A DNA stretch of 64,000 nt from Vicugna vicugna (lineage: Eukaryota), in assembly GCA_013265495.1 (NCBI GenBank), contig MU058387.1, positions 868,001 through 932,000 on the forward strand. The letters run 5' to 3'. Each line of letters begins with the position of its first letter. Position 1 is the first letter of the stretch. The position numbers were made by a program, and so were the translations under genes. Shown here in pieces: positions 36,436 through 49,599 of this stretch. The notes under the pieces were generated by a model. The model was not told where the DNA came from. It made no database searches and saw only the letters and a program-made list of their open reading frames with translations.

Positions 36436-38534
36436 ATATCAAATAATAGTTGATACTCTATTATGTACCAAGCAAGTTGGTAAGTTTCCCGGTAAGCATA
36501 AAGAGATGGCAGTTTAGCAAGGAGAAATAATACCCAGTTACAATCAAAACTGGTAAATATTATATAACAACATAAGATTATAAAGGAGCTGGCCCAAGAT
36601 CTTGTATGATTTTGTGGGATGTAATTTCATAGAGATAATAGATTCTATAAATTTGGAGGGAAGAGATCTTTGTGGAATATTCTGAGAAATTTCACGTTGG
36701 ACAAGGACTTTGATCCTCTAGACTAGATTGTCAGCTGAGACATGGATAAGGCACTCTTGGCTAGAGGAAAACTGAATACAGGTAAGAGAGGAGAATATTC
36801 TTAGAAAGTCTGACCTGCAGACTTGCTGAAAAGACAGGAAAATGTCCTCAAGAGAGTGATTAAAACAATGACAGCAACAAAAATCCAAACAGACCAGAAA
36901 GACCACATGGACATAAACACCTATAACATGCTCCACCTTGTACTACAGAATCAAGGGATAAAACAAATGAAAAAATTAAAATCTTGGCCCTCCTTGAGTT
37001 GTCAACTGAAATTTGTCAAGGAAATCAGCAACAATATGGTGGTAGGATATTTGCTCGATAAAAACTTGACTCTATGACTTGGTAAAAAGAAGACACCATT
37101 ATTAGAGATCAGTTTAATGACAGTTTGCTAAAAGAGTAGAATAAAGAATAAAACATAGATGTGTCCATGTGGTAGGTCTGATGGCTTTTATGACCTTGTT
37201 TCAGAAGTCCTTTAGAGTGGCTTTCGTCATATTCTTTTGATTGAGGCAGTCACAAAGAGCTCTCTCGCTTCCAGGAGATGAAACTTTTCATTAGGCGTCT
37301 CCATTTCATATGAGAACAGAAAGGCCAGGAAGAACTCAGATGTTGTTGGGTCTCAATTACCTGCCAGACAAGGAGACCCTTGAAGGTAGAGCCCACGTTC
37401 TAGTCATCTTTGTAACCTCAGTAGCTGGCACAGTGCTGGGCATAATTACGCAGTTACTGAGTGAAACACAGCAGAAGTCCCACTTGGATAATGGTTGGTT
37501 TATGGTTTCATACATCAGGCCGAAGATCCCCATCACTGTCTTCTTATTTCAACTGGTGGATTTAGCTACATATGGACGACTCCATTGGTCAGATTCTCCA
37601 CCTAACCTATAATTATGTGTGTCATTATCTAATAGCTGTCGGTTTGTTAGTTTCATTATATATATGAAATATAAGTATATACTCTACATACAGTTTTCAT
37701 TACCCTTATCATTTTACATGCATACAAAGGAGCTAAGGCTTTTGGTGATATTCTGCAAAAAAAACAAAACAAAACTGTTTTTAGTTTGAAATCAATGTGC
37801 AAAAGATGCTTTTAACTTAAACTCACAGCATCTGTGATTCTGTCTTCATAAAGTAGTTGAGAGTCCAATGTCTAATTGGACATTATTTCATATTTGTATC
37901 CCATTTTTAGGTGTTTTGCTTAAAGTGGCCTGTGTCCAGTAGTTCTCAACAGTATTTCTATCAGTGTTGCAGATGGTGTGCAATTGTCCAGAATATTATT
38001 TATAAAATATTAATTGTCCAAATATTATTTCAGAATGGGTCAAAAAATGTAACCAAAATAGTGCAGAATAGTCTTACAAGCCATCCTCACTCCTGGCACA
38101 CCCTCATCTCAGAATCACCACTGATGGAGTGTTACTTCCTTATTTCACTTTTGAATTTTGAATCAATGGCAATGATAGAATTCATAACACCACCATTTAG
38201 TTTGCAGTGGCCTTGCCTTTCTTCCCTACAAGTTCCACCAGGTAATACCGTGCTATATACTAACGTACCTTACAGTGTTTCCTCTAAGAGGAATGAAGAT
38301 TGGCTACAAAAAACAAACAAAACAGGCTGAAAAATCAATACTGTTCCTCCTCCTCCCTCCCCATATGCAGTGCTTCTCTTAGAATAATTTCTGCCTCAAA
38401 TGCTAGTCTTCCAAAACCTAAAGGGATCAGTAAGGCTCACTTAAATGCCACTGCTTTCAGGAAGCCTCTCCTAAAATGATCTCACAGGCCCTGCAGTATT
38501 CATAGTGCTTTGTTTATTTACACTTTTGATTTTT

Positions 38535-39060
38535 TAAAATTATTCACTCAACAGATATTTATTGAGCACCTAATATATGAAGACACGGTGCTAACCAGTG
38601 GGTGTATAAAATCGGTGAGTAAAGAAAACACACATGGACCTTGTGTAACAAACTGGCTTTAGTGACTTGAGGGAAACAAGTAAGGGTCCTGTGATGACAG
38701 AAGTGCTTTGTGCATTTGTGTGTGTATGTGTGGTGATGAGGGTGGTTTACAGAAAGCTCTCTTAAAAAGCTTCTTAAAAGAGGTGAAGTTTAAGCTGATA
38801 CCTGTAGATGTTAATCATGTAAAGGACATGGTTACGGTTAGGCGTAGGAGAATGGTGCTAGACAAATTTGAAGGAAGAGCATTTGCTAACGTTCTAGGAA
38901 ATAAAGAGCTCAGTATGTTCAAGAGACTGAAGACCAGAATGTTTGGAGAAGCAACAAGTGAGGCTGTGTTAGGGGCAGGGAGTGGCAAAGAGTTTAATTT
39001 TAACCCAAAAATGCTGCAGAAAGCCATTGCAAATTTTTGAATAAAGAATTTTTTGTGATT
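38535..39060 (-). mobile_element. L2 3' fragment
   Basis: ttattcactcaacagatatttattgagcacctaatat (L2 3' terminus, antisense). Confidence 0.8.
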
Positions 39061-39296
39061 GCATAAAGAGTATCTTTTCTGTCTTGAAGCTTGTGTAGCT
39101 GTTGCTAGAGTATTTGTCTTGGTTCTTTTTCCAAGTGATAAGTTGCTTTGGGGCTACAGCTTGGTCATTCCCTACCAGTGTCTCCTCTATGGAACCTGAT
39201 AGAAAGTAGCTGTTCATGAAATAGTTGTTGAGTTGAATTGAAACACCTAATTTAACTACTTATGTACTTTTCCCCCATCTATCCATTGCTGGATTA

Positions 39297-39782
39297 TGTA
39301 CCAGTTATCTTGTGCTATAAAGCAAATCCCCTCAAAACTTAGTGGCTAAGTCAACAGTAATCACTGATTATCTCCCACGGTTTCTGTGGGTCAGGATTTC
39401 AGTAGCAGCTTGATTGAGAAGGTCTGGCATGGGGGTCTCTCATAAGGATGCAGTGGGCTGAGGCTGCAGTCATGTGAAGGTTCGACTGGGGCTGAAGCAT
39501 TCACTTACAAGATGGCTCACTCATGCGGCTGGAAAGTTGGTGCTTATCGCTGGTACAAAAATCTGTTTCTCTCCACATGGGCCTCTCCACAGGGATGCTT
39601 GACTATTCTCAGATCTCAGTGGCTGACTTCCCTGAATGGACAATTCTAGAGACCAAGGTGGAAGCTGCAATGTTTTTTTTGACTGAGTCCTGATCCAGTG
39701 TGGAATAAACAATCACAAAAACATAGACACCAGGAAACAAGTCTTCCTGGCATTGGGAGCCATCTTGAAGGTTACAACCACA
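39297..39782 (-). mobile_element. MLT1F/G-like MaLR LTR
   Basis: caaaacttagtggct..tctcccacggtttctgtgggtcagga...gactggggctgaagcattcacttacaagatggctcactcatg...gggagccatcttgaagg..accaca. Confidence 0.88.
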
Positions 39783-40189
39783 GGTTTTATGCACTTAGTA
39801 CTAAATTTGTTTACCATAGCTTGTTTAGGGTGCTTCATATCTTGTTCTCTCTTTGCTAAGTCTGCTACGCCCCAGCAAGGATACAGGTGAAACTAACCTC
39901 CCTATTGTGAAGATGATCTGGAGATTCTAATTCAGATGCCCTATTCTGTGCAGAAGTCTGCCTCTGGCTGCTGAATGCAACTCAGTCTCCCTTCCGCTCT
40001 CAGCTCCATTTCCTTTTCGCCACCATGGGAACCAGATGGCAAAACCTCTCACAAGTACTGGTGGCTTTTAAAGCATATTTACAAGATTACATGAGACAGC
40101 ATGTCTTTAATTTGCTATTTAGCTGAAGAGTAATATGTTTCTCTATTCGGAAAATGGTTTTGTCAAGGTACCAGAACAAAGGATAGGAA

Positions 40190-40375
40190 ATTAGGGCCTC
40201 GAGGATCAATTTCCTAACTGACTTATAAGTTGCTGTGTGCCCTTTAGCAAAGCACCTAATATGCTTGTCTGTAAAACGGGGGTATGAAGAATAAATCCCT
40301 ACTTCAAGGGAATGCATCACAGTCGAATTCATATTAATGTAATAGGCTTTGAACACACTCACAAGAAAAGCACTA
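40190..40375 (+). mobile_element. MIR SINE
   Basis: gctgtgtgccctttagcaaagcacctaa..tctgtaaaacgggg..cctacttcaaggg. Confidence 0.7.
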
Positions 40376-41519
40376 TGGAATGAAAATTATTATGGTGTAA
40401 AGCTCTTTGGGATACAAGGTGCTACATGCCTGAAAAATACTAAATCACTCTATTTTATCTGCTTTATGATATTGCCTTTTAATTTCCAAAAGTACTGCAT
40501 TTTCTTGAATTTTCACAGGATAAAGGGCAGGCTCAAGTCACATTCTGTAAATGATACATTGTTTTGGTAGCTGTCTTTCATATAACCTTAAAAGGGCTTT
40601 ATCATTCTCATATGGAACACACCCCTATAATCAAATAGCACCATTCAAAGACGATAATTGCCTTTTATTCCTATACTAACAATAAAAAGTATATCATGTA
40701 ATACCCACATTTTCTTTTTACTGTTTAATGTGTAATTTTAATAATTATGGAAGCCTGAGGGAGGTAAAGTAAGGGGGAAGCTAGACTATAAGCCCATAGC
40801 ATGATCTGGATATATAATATTCTTGTTCTTGAAAATTATTTTGGGGTTATCTTGCCATAGAAAAAGAGAGACGGAAAGGTAACTATTGAATATTACAAGT
40901 TTTACAAATGATTCAATAACAGGAATTGTTGACAGTATTCATGTGACATGCACATACGATCAAAGTCCACTGTTGGCAAAATTTAGGCTCGTTGGAATTT
41001 TGTGCTCGCGTTGTCTCTCTTCCTCAACACGATTTCTTATTGCTAATCAGCTATACTGACACTCTTCACCTTTAGGCATCCATTAGTCTCATGTTGTTTC
41101 TCTACCAAAATCTCCTCTTTAGAAACGAGCTGCAAGTTCTTCTTATGAAAAGCAAAGTGACAGAAAACCATTGAAAATATGACTTCTAGGGAATTTGCAA
41201 TTTAAACAAGAATGAAGGCCCTGTGATTGAAGTTGACAAGTGACCCTAAAGTGTCTCTTAGTGACCAGGAAGCTTCTTCATCCATGGCAAGTATGATTGG
41301 CTTTGCCCACAGCAAACCCAGTGCCAATTTAGAGTCTGGGGAAGAATGATAAGAGACAGAGATGGTGAAGAGGAGGTGAATTAGATTAAGAAAAGGCCAG
41401 GAATCAGAGCTATGCCATCTCAAGCAAATCTCCTCATCCTCCATGTGTTCTTGTCACACCTAACATGTAGGCATTATTTCTTTCTATCAAGAAGGAAAAA
41501 ACCTAATAGGAAAAAAAAA

Positions 41520-41810
41520 TGTGACTTCCATTTATCAGTGATTTTGGGGTGGACAACAAATCATTCCAAGACCTAGCATTTAAAACAATGAAGATTTATT
41601 GTTTTTTGTGGTTTTGTGGATTGACTATGTGTCTTCTGGTCTAGGTCCAGTTACTCGTAGGGGGGATGAATTTGGAACGCACCATGAGCATGTCTGGTGG
41701 CTGGCAGTGGTTAGTTTAGGGGTGCCTCACTTGCCTGTCTGATGGCTGGCTTGATGTTACAGGAGCACGTCCACGTCTGTATCATCATCCATCAGGCTCA
41801 GTCTTACGGA
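41520..41810 (-). mobile_element. MLT1 LTR fragment
   Basis: aacaaatcattccaagacctagcatttaaaacaatgaagatttatt; catgtctggtggctggc. Confidence 0.65.
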
Positions 41811-41813
41811 GGC

Positions 41814-41855
<42 letters not shown>
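41814..41855. repeat. (CAT)14 microsatellite
   Basis: 14 perfect CAT units. Confidence 0.95.
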
Positions 41856-41857
<2 letters not shown>

Positions 41858-41859
41858 AT

Positions 41860-44800
41860 CTATTATTCCAATAGATCTTGGTTTCTTGAGGCAAGAGCTT
41901 ATCCCTTTAAGGAAGACCCTCTATGTGGCCACAGACATACACTATGCATCTTCCCCCAAGACATCCCCAAAGTAGTCAGTGGCCATTTCCAGAGTGACAG
42001 TGATCTCATAAAGTTAAGTGCCCAGGCTTTCTTGTTGCTCTTACATAGTGACATTGAACTTACAATAATCACCAGGCCTCAAGTACCTCTCTGATTCACT
42101 GGCTGCAGAGGCTTATGGAAATCAGGTGATAACTGGAGTCTTAGATAAATCTCATAGTCTCTCCAGTGGGATTGAGGGTCCATCTATTGTTTCATGTTGT
42201 TTTGTTTTTCAGATCCAGACTGTATGGTGAAAATACATATACTAAGTAATTGAAGGAATATTTGCAATGGTTCCCTGAACTATGGTCTTTTATAAGAAAT
42301 GGCATGTGGAAACCCCTAGAAATGCCCCTTCCAAGACAATAGATCAAAAGCTATATAGAATCTCTAGGAGGCCGACAAATTAGGACTTTTATCAAAGTCT
42401 TAATAGATATCAAAGTCTTGATTACCATCTCATCTCTATTTAACTTGCACATTTTGATTGGTAAAGAAGCTAGATTGTTCATGAAAAATGACTTGGAGTA
42501 TTGTAGACACAGTCTGGTCATGCTGTAACTCACAGTTCTAAATCCAAGTGTGGTAACTTTACTAAAACAAAGAAACAGAGACTTTAGGATCTGGTATACG
42601 ATCACTGGGCTAGAAAATCCTTTTTTCTGCATCCTTAATGTCAAAGATGATCAGAAATTATTTTCAACTACAGTACACCCATCCACACTCTCTTAGCCCT
42701 GGGTTCTGACAACTCTCCCACTATCTTATTATATTATCTAGATGGGATTTGGTTATCTTTATTTCTCCTTTCCCCCCCCCCAGTTTTCTTGAGGTATGTT
42801 TGATAAATAAAAATTGTATATACTTAAGGTGTGCAACTCAATGTTTTGATACACATATACATTGGGAAGTGATTACCAGAATCAAGATAACTAACACATT
42901 TATCACCTTTTGATTTGCAATTTGTGTGTGTATGTGGTGAGAATACTTTAGATATACTCTGTCGACAAATTTCGAGTGTATAATACATTATTATTGACTA
43001 TAGTCACCACAGTGTACATTAGGTCTCCAGAACTTACTCATCTTATAACTGAAGGATTACAAGATGGAGTACCCTTTGACCAACATCTTCCCATTTCCCC
43101 CACCTTGCATCCCGTGGTAATCACTCTTCTACCTGTTTCTATGAGTTTGTTTTTTTAGAATTCACGTATAAGTGAGATCATGCAGGATTTATCCTTTTGT
43201 GTCTGGCTTATTTCCCTTAGCATAATGTCCTGAAGGTTAATCCATGTTGTCACAAATGGCTGGATGTCCTCCTTTTTAAAGACTAAATAGTGTTTCATTG
43301 TATATACATACCACATTTTCTTTATCCATTTATCCATTGACAGACAGTCAGGTTGTTTCTGTATCTTGGCCATTGTGAATAATGCTGCAATGAACACAGG
43401 GGTGCAGATATCTCTTCGAGATAGTAATTTAGTTTCCTTTATACACATACCCAGAAGTGAGATTGCTGGATCATATAGACGTTCTGTTTTTAATTTTTTT
43501 GAGAAATTTCCATACTCTTTTCCATAATGGCTGTATTAATTTACATTTCCACCAACAGTGTACAAAGAGGAATGTGGTAATCTTGGTAGCAGGAGGCATT
43601 GTCCATTATATTAATGATATGAAGTTAACTGGACTGCATAGGCAGGAAGTATGAAGCACACTAGAAAACCTCCTAAGTTTCATGCATGTCAGAGGGTGAC
43701 AATAACACCTGAGAAACTGTAGAGACTTGTATTGGTGAAGTTTCTAAGAATCTAGTGGTCTGGTGCATGTCAGTATATTACCGCTAAACTGAGAAACAAA
43801 TGTTGCTTCTGCACTTTCCACCATAAAGAAGGAAACACATTTGTGTTTGATCAATATACTGTATGACCTCAAGGCTGCCAGTTCCAAATGGGGTTCAGAG
43901 CAAAAAAAAAAAAAAAAAGGCCCTGAAGAAGGTACATATTGTGACCCAAGTTTCTCTTGGGTCTTATTTAGCAAAATCCATGGTAAGGAAAGTGTCTGTG
44001 GCAGATAGAGATACTGTATGGAGCCCTTGGGAAACCCTCACAGGAGAATCAACAGACTAGAGGGCTATGCTTTTGAAGAAGGACAATGCTTTTCACTGTC
44101 AACAAATATTCCCTGCTGTAAAAGAGATACTGACTTGCTATTGGGTCTGGGTAGAAATTAACATCTTACCATAGGACAGCTAGAAGCTAAGCAGCCATAA
44201 CTGGGTGTGTTACCAACCATCTAACTTCCAAATAATGGAAATGATGTGGAACCCAAACCTAGGGAGATCCTGAAGTCTAATGCAAACATCATGAGCAGGT
44301 GGCTCAGGTTCTTGTGGTACCTGCTCTTCTCGCTTCACTGCTCTCCTTTATTTCATCTTCATGGATTCATCAGGAGTTCCTGGTTATAATTTAATGCAGG
44401 AGGAAGATATCCCACTTGCTACATGAGTGGATCTTCATGATAAGCTCTCACTAGCTAAAAATAGATATAACCCTATTTAAGGGTGACCCTATAATTCATC
44501 AGTGAAAGAAAATGTCCCCAGTGGGTAGAGCTTTAGAAACAATATCTGGTTTTCTCCTTCGTGTGGAAGAAGACTTGGCCTGAGGTGTGGATCTACACTA
44601 CTTCATAGGCAGTGACTATGAATTTGACATAAGATTAGCAGGTTAGAACAAGATTGGAAGATTAGTAGCAAAGAGACTGGGGAAGAGTTCGGTGAACACA
44701 TCTCTCAGGATGTGCAGAGATTTTAGAGGTATTCAAGCCCCAGGTAATGTTCATCTGTTTTTATACACCATACAGGAGGCTCAAATAATTAGATGGAGTA

Positions 44801-45720
44801 GATGACTAAATATATGAATGCCAGTGAGCTTCATTTCCCAAACATCCTAGTGCTAAATCAATGACTTCTCATAAAAAGTACCCACAATTGAAGGGAAAGA
44901 GGCAACATATGGGCTTTAAAATTCCATACATGGGAGATCTCTAATACAAAGGTTAATCTGCGTATCACCGCAGCTAAAAGCCAGTTTACCAAAACCAGAG
45001 GTTAGTGTTAAATTACAACATAATACCCTACTGTGGAGAATTCAGCAAATTTAATGATGGCAGGGTGATTAGAGTGGCCCACATCCGTCATGCAGAGGAG
45101 AGGATATTTCCCTCTTGGGAACAGGAAGTTCCTAGATTTTCAAAATGTCTTACCTATCACTATGGTAACCAGGATACCACTGTCTCTGTCCCTGGCATGT
45201 TCTGGAGAAGGCAGAATGGCATAGGCTCATGTCTCCTCCTCCCCTCATCTGCCCCTTGACCCTGTTGAATGGCCTGATGAAGGCTCAGTTATGACACCAG
45301 CATTGTGACCTTTTGGCTTAAGTGACAGTGAATATCCTAGGGCTCAAATAATAAATGCTTTTATCAGGCTTTATAATCAGAGGTCCAAATCTTCTTAAAT
45401 TAGAAGCTAAGACTGGCTTTTAGGCTCTTCGTGCCACTGAACAAACAGTCAGGGGCAGAAGTTATACTGGCCAAGGTAATGCTTCTAATCCCAAGGGAGA
45501 GTGTTGGTTTTCTAATTCAAAATGAGGGCAAAGAAGACTATGTATTGGCATAGGAGACACTCTGAAAAGCCTCTTAGTGTTCCTTTCCCCTATAGCCCTG
45601 ATCAGTTAAAGACCCTTGAAATCCGGTAAATACAGGGGTGTCAAAGGATCAAATTTTACAGGAATGAGGATTTAGCTCATCTCACTAAAAGAAACACTCT
45701 TTTCCAGCTATAGTGCTAGC
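41860..45720 (+). mobile_element. Decayed ERVL internal region (protease/RT/RNase H/integrase fossil), interrupted by L1
   Basis: Collinear with ERVL pol as I recall it. Degenerate RT motif VHYINDMKLTG (cf. VHYIDDIMLIG) at about 43601-43633. Many stops and frameshifts. Confidence 0.8.
42760..43568 (-). mobile_element. L1MA-type 3' end inserted in ERVL RT
   Basis: ORF2 C-terminal peptide DICTPVFIAALFTMAK...WIKKMWYVYTM; degenerate TSD gggatttggttatctt (42744-42759) / ggaatgtggtaatctt (43569-43584). Confidence 0.9.
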
Positions 45721-48700
45721 AGTTGTTTGACTTTTCTATGCTCTATTTGACTGTTTACCTAGTTTATTGTCAATTATTGAGAGACATGTGCCAAATTCCC
45801 CAACTATGTCCATTTCTTTAATGCTGTCAAATTTCTGCTTCATGTATTTTGAAGTTCCATATAAGATGAATATGTGTTTTTAACTGTTATGTGTTACTGA
45901 CACATTTATCCTTTTATCATTTAAAGTGTCCCTGTTTAATTTGTGGGGACACTCCTTGTTCTGATATCTATTTTGTCTGATATTTACATAGCCATTTTTA
46001 CTTTACAACAGTTACTTTTCCCATGATACATTCTTTTCATGTTTGCTTTACTTTAAACATGTGTTTCTTGGATTTAAATGTGTCTATCATAGAATACAAT
46101 TAATTCTTAAAAAAAAAATCAGTCTAATGGTCTCTGCCTTGAATGACGATTTAGTCTGTTTATATTTAATATAATTTTATATAGTTTTATTTACGGTTAC
46201 CATTTTGCTATATATATTTTCAGTTTTTCTGTTCTTTCTCTCCTGTATTCTTTTTTATTAATCAAATATTTTTAGATTTTCACTTTAATTCTCTTCTGTT
46301 AGCAAGGGGTTGCTCTAGAAATTATAATATGCCACTTTAAGTCATCAAATCTACTTAGAGGCAATAGTGAATTGCCTCAGGCAAGTATAGGAAGCTTGCA
46401 GCAGTTTGTTTCCATTTACTCTCCTCATACTCTTCCTTAGTACTGTCATCATGCATGTTACATCTATATAAATATAAGCCCAATGATACAGAGTTAATTG
46501 TTTCTTTATACAGCCATAGGTGCATTTAATTAATTAAGATAAAAAGAAAATATATATGTGCACACAAATATACATCATTATATATATATAAAGCCTTATA
46601 TATACCAATTTATCTTCATTCTTTCCTAGGGATCTGAATTGTGCTAGAGTGACATTTATCTTGAGCCTGAAAAATTCCATCATTTCTAGTTTGGGGACAT
46701 GTCATCATATTGTCTTCATTTTTAGTGGATCATTTTGCTCAACAGAATTCTTAGATACAAGTTTTTCTTTTTCTTTTCCTTTCATCACTTTGAATACATT
46801 ACTCCAATTTCTTCTGGTGTCCTCAGTTTCTGATGATAAATCAATCACTTATTATAATTATTGTTCCTCAGTGTACAAAGTGATGTTTGTATCCATGTGC
46901 TTTTAGGATTGTCTTTTTACCTTTGGCTTTCAGCAGGCTGAACATGATGTGTCTAGGGGTCAAATTTATCTTTGTGTGCATCTTGCTTGGAGTTTTCTGA
47001 GACTCTTGGATCTGGAAGTATTAAATTTATTTTCCACCAAATTTGGTAGTTTTACTCATTACATTTTTTTCTGCCTTTTTCAATCATCTCCTTCTAGAAC
47101 ACAAATTACATGCTTACTAGGGCTTTTGATATTGTCCACAGGTTGGATTGAAAGTTCTTTAAGTCTCTGAGTCTCTCTCTTCCTATTTTCTTTTTATTTT
47201 GCCATTTTCCTCTATTCTTTAAATTGAATAATTTCTGTCTTTCTTCAAGTTTTCTAATTCTTTTTTCTGCTATCTTCAAACTGCTATTATTATTCACTGA
47301 GATTATCTAGTGAACATTTATTGTCACTTATTTTACTTTTCAGTGAGCTAATTTCCACTTCTGATATTTCACATTTCCCTGCTGAGATTTCCTATTTGTT
47401 AATACTTTGATACTGTATTCCCTTTAATTGTTTTATAATCTTAAAAAAAATAGGCACATGAAAAAATGCTCAGTATCACTAATTATCAGAGAAATGCAAA
47501 TCAAAACTACAATGAGATATCACCTCACACCAGTCAGAATGGCCATCATTCAAAAGTCTGTGAATGATAAATCCTGAAGAGGGTGTAGAGAAAAGGGAAC
47601 CCTCCTATGCTGCTGGTGGGAATATAGTTTGGTGCAGCCATTATGGAAAACAATATGGAGATTCTTCAAAAAACTAAGAATAGACTTACTGTATGATCCA
47701 GCAATCCCACTACTGGGTGTATATTCAGGGGGAACTCTAATTCAAAAAGATACATGCACCCTAATGTTCATAGCAGCACTATATACAAAAGTGAAGACAT
47801 AGAAGTAACCTAAATATTCCACTGACAGGTGACTAGATAAAGAAGTTGTGGTATATTTATACAATGGAATGCTACTCAGCCATGAAAGAGAATAAAATAA
47901 TGCCATTTGCAGCAATGTGGATGGACCTGGAGATTGTCATTCTAAGTGAAGTAAGCCTGAAGGAGAAAGCAAAATACCATATGGTATCACTCATATGTGG
48001 AATCTAAAAAAAGAAAAAAGAGGACACTAATGAAGTCATCTACAAAACAGAAACAAACTCACAGGCATAGTAAACAATCTTATGGTTATGGGGCGGAAAG
48101 GGGGAGGGAAGAGATAAATTTGGGAGTCTGAGACTTGCAAATGGTAGCCACTATATATAGAAAAAATTGAAAAAGGAAGTTTTTTCTGTATAGCACAGGG
48201 CACTCTATTCAATATCTTATGGTGGCCTTTAATGAGAATGTGAAAACAAATACATGTATGTATAGGCATGACTGGGACATGGTGCTGTACATCAGAAATT
48301 GACACATTGTAACTGACAATTGCTATGAACCTGTTGTCTGCTAAAGTCAACATCCGGTTCCCCTCAGATTCAGATTACTTTAACTAACTGCGGTCTACTT
48401 CCTGGCTAAGAGCATACTTTCTCGAGTTTTTTTTTTTTTAATGCCTAAATTTTGTTTGAAAAGTGAATATTGTCAATAATATATTGTAACATTGCCAGAT
48501 TCTGTTGTGTCCTGAGAATTACTGTTTTTTGTTCTACTAGACAACTAATTTGTTCAAGTTCATACTAAAATTTGTCCTATTTCTGTTCTGTATTTTTGTC
48601 TTCCAGTTCCTACCTTTCTGCCCAGATCCCTGGGGTGTCTTGCTTATGTCTGAATAATTTGATGGTCAACCAAAGAGTTGGGCAGAGATTATTCTCAGAT

Positions 48701-49080
48701 TTAAGGATTCAAAGTCTATGGTTTTCTTGCTTTAGGAATTCTCCGCTCTCTTCTAGCTACTCTGTCAGCCTTGGGCTGTAGTCTCTAATGCCTCAGACCA
48801 GGAAGCTCTAGCTTTTTACTATTAAGCTACAGACAACTGAAAATTCTCTCAGTTAAAAAAGCCACAAATTCATGGAATCTGCTTAAGCGTGTCTCAAGCT
48901 TTCAGGAGCAGGTTACTCTTTCATCACTGTTTTTCTTCTTAGCCCTGGGGAACCTTGTGCATGGGTGTTTTTGTTGTCAGCTATTGAGCTGAGTAGAGTT
49001 TTCTTGGTTTCATAATTGTTATCTATGGGAGAGTCTGCATAACCGTATCACTCCACCACCTTTGTCAGGAGTTCTTCCTT
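45720..49080 (-). mobile_element. Old L1M (ORF1/5' region), interrupted by a younger L1
   Basis: Antisense L1 text; minus-strand peptide IAEKRIRKLEERQ resembles the ORF1 coiled coil. Confidence 0.75.
47449..48317 (+). mobile_element. Lineage-specific L1 (ORF2 end plus 3' UTR), lacking poly(A) tail
   Basis: Well-preserved ORF2 end (aaatgctcagtatcactaattatcagagaaatgcaaatcaaaac) and 3' UTR ending abruptly at aactgac. Confidence 0.92.
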
Positions 49081-49599
49081 TCCTTGTGAACTTGCCTCAA
49101 TTTCCCCATGATCATCCTACTAAAGATGTAATATTTAGCACAGTGCAAGTTCCCAGGACGCTGTTACAGCACTACAGTGTTTATTCTAATTGCTCTGTTA
49201 AATCTTAGTGTCACTCGCTCCTGGTCATATAAAGGCCTTGAAATATCCAGGAAATAAGAAAAGCCAGAAAAAAAAAATATCATGCTGATCACCCTAAACA
49301 GTATTGTTTAGGTGATCATTTTAAAGCACATCTGATCAAATTACTTCTCTACTTGAAATCTGCCTTTAGCTTCCTACTTCCTATAAGATAATGTCTAAGC
49401 TCCCTATAGTGTCAGGTAAAGTCTACATTGTGCTTATTCACTGCACAGTATCTGACATGGGACCTCAGTAAATTCCTGTCCAGAGTTATCTACAGAATTT
49501 GGATGGTGCCACTCACTTGGTGAATTCATGCTGTATTAGCTATGCTGACTTTTAAAGGAATTTTTCTTGTTTCTGTAACAAGACTGGTGCATCTAGAGT

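Noticed and set aside
37911..38330. 139-aa ORF
   Set aside because: Non-ATG start, no recognisable domain, low-complexity AT-rich sequence.
41742..41975. Poly-histidine ORF
   Set aside because: Produced by a (CAT)14 microsatellite at an LTR/ERVL junction.
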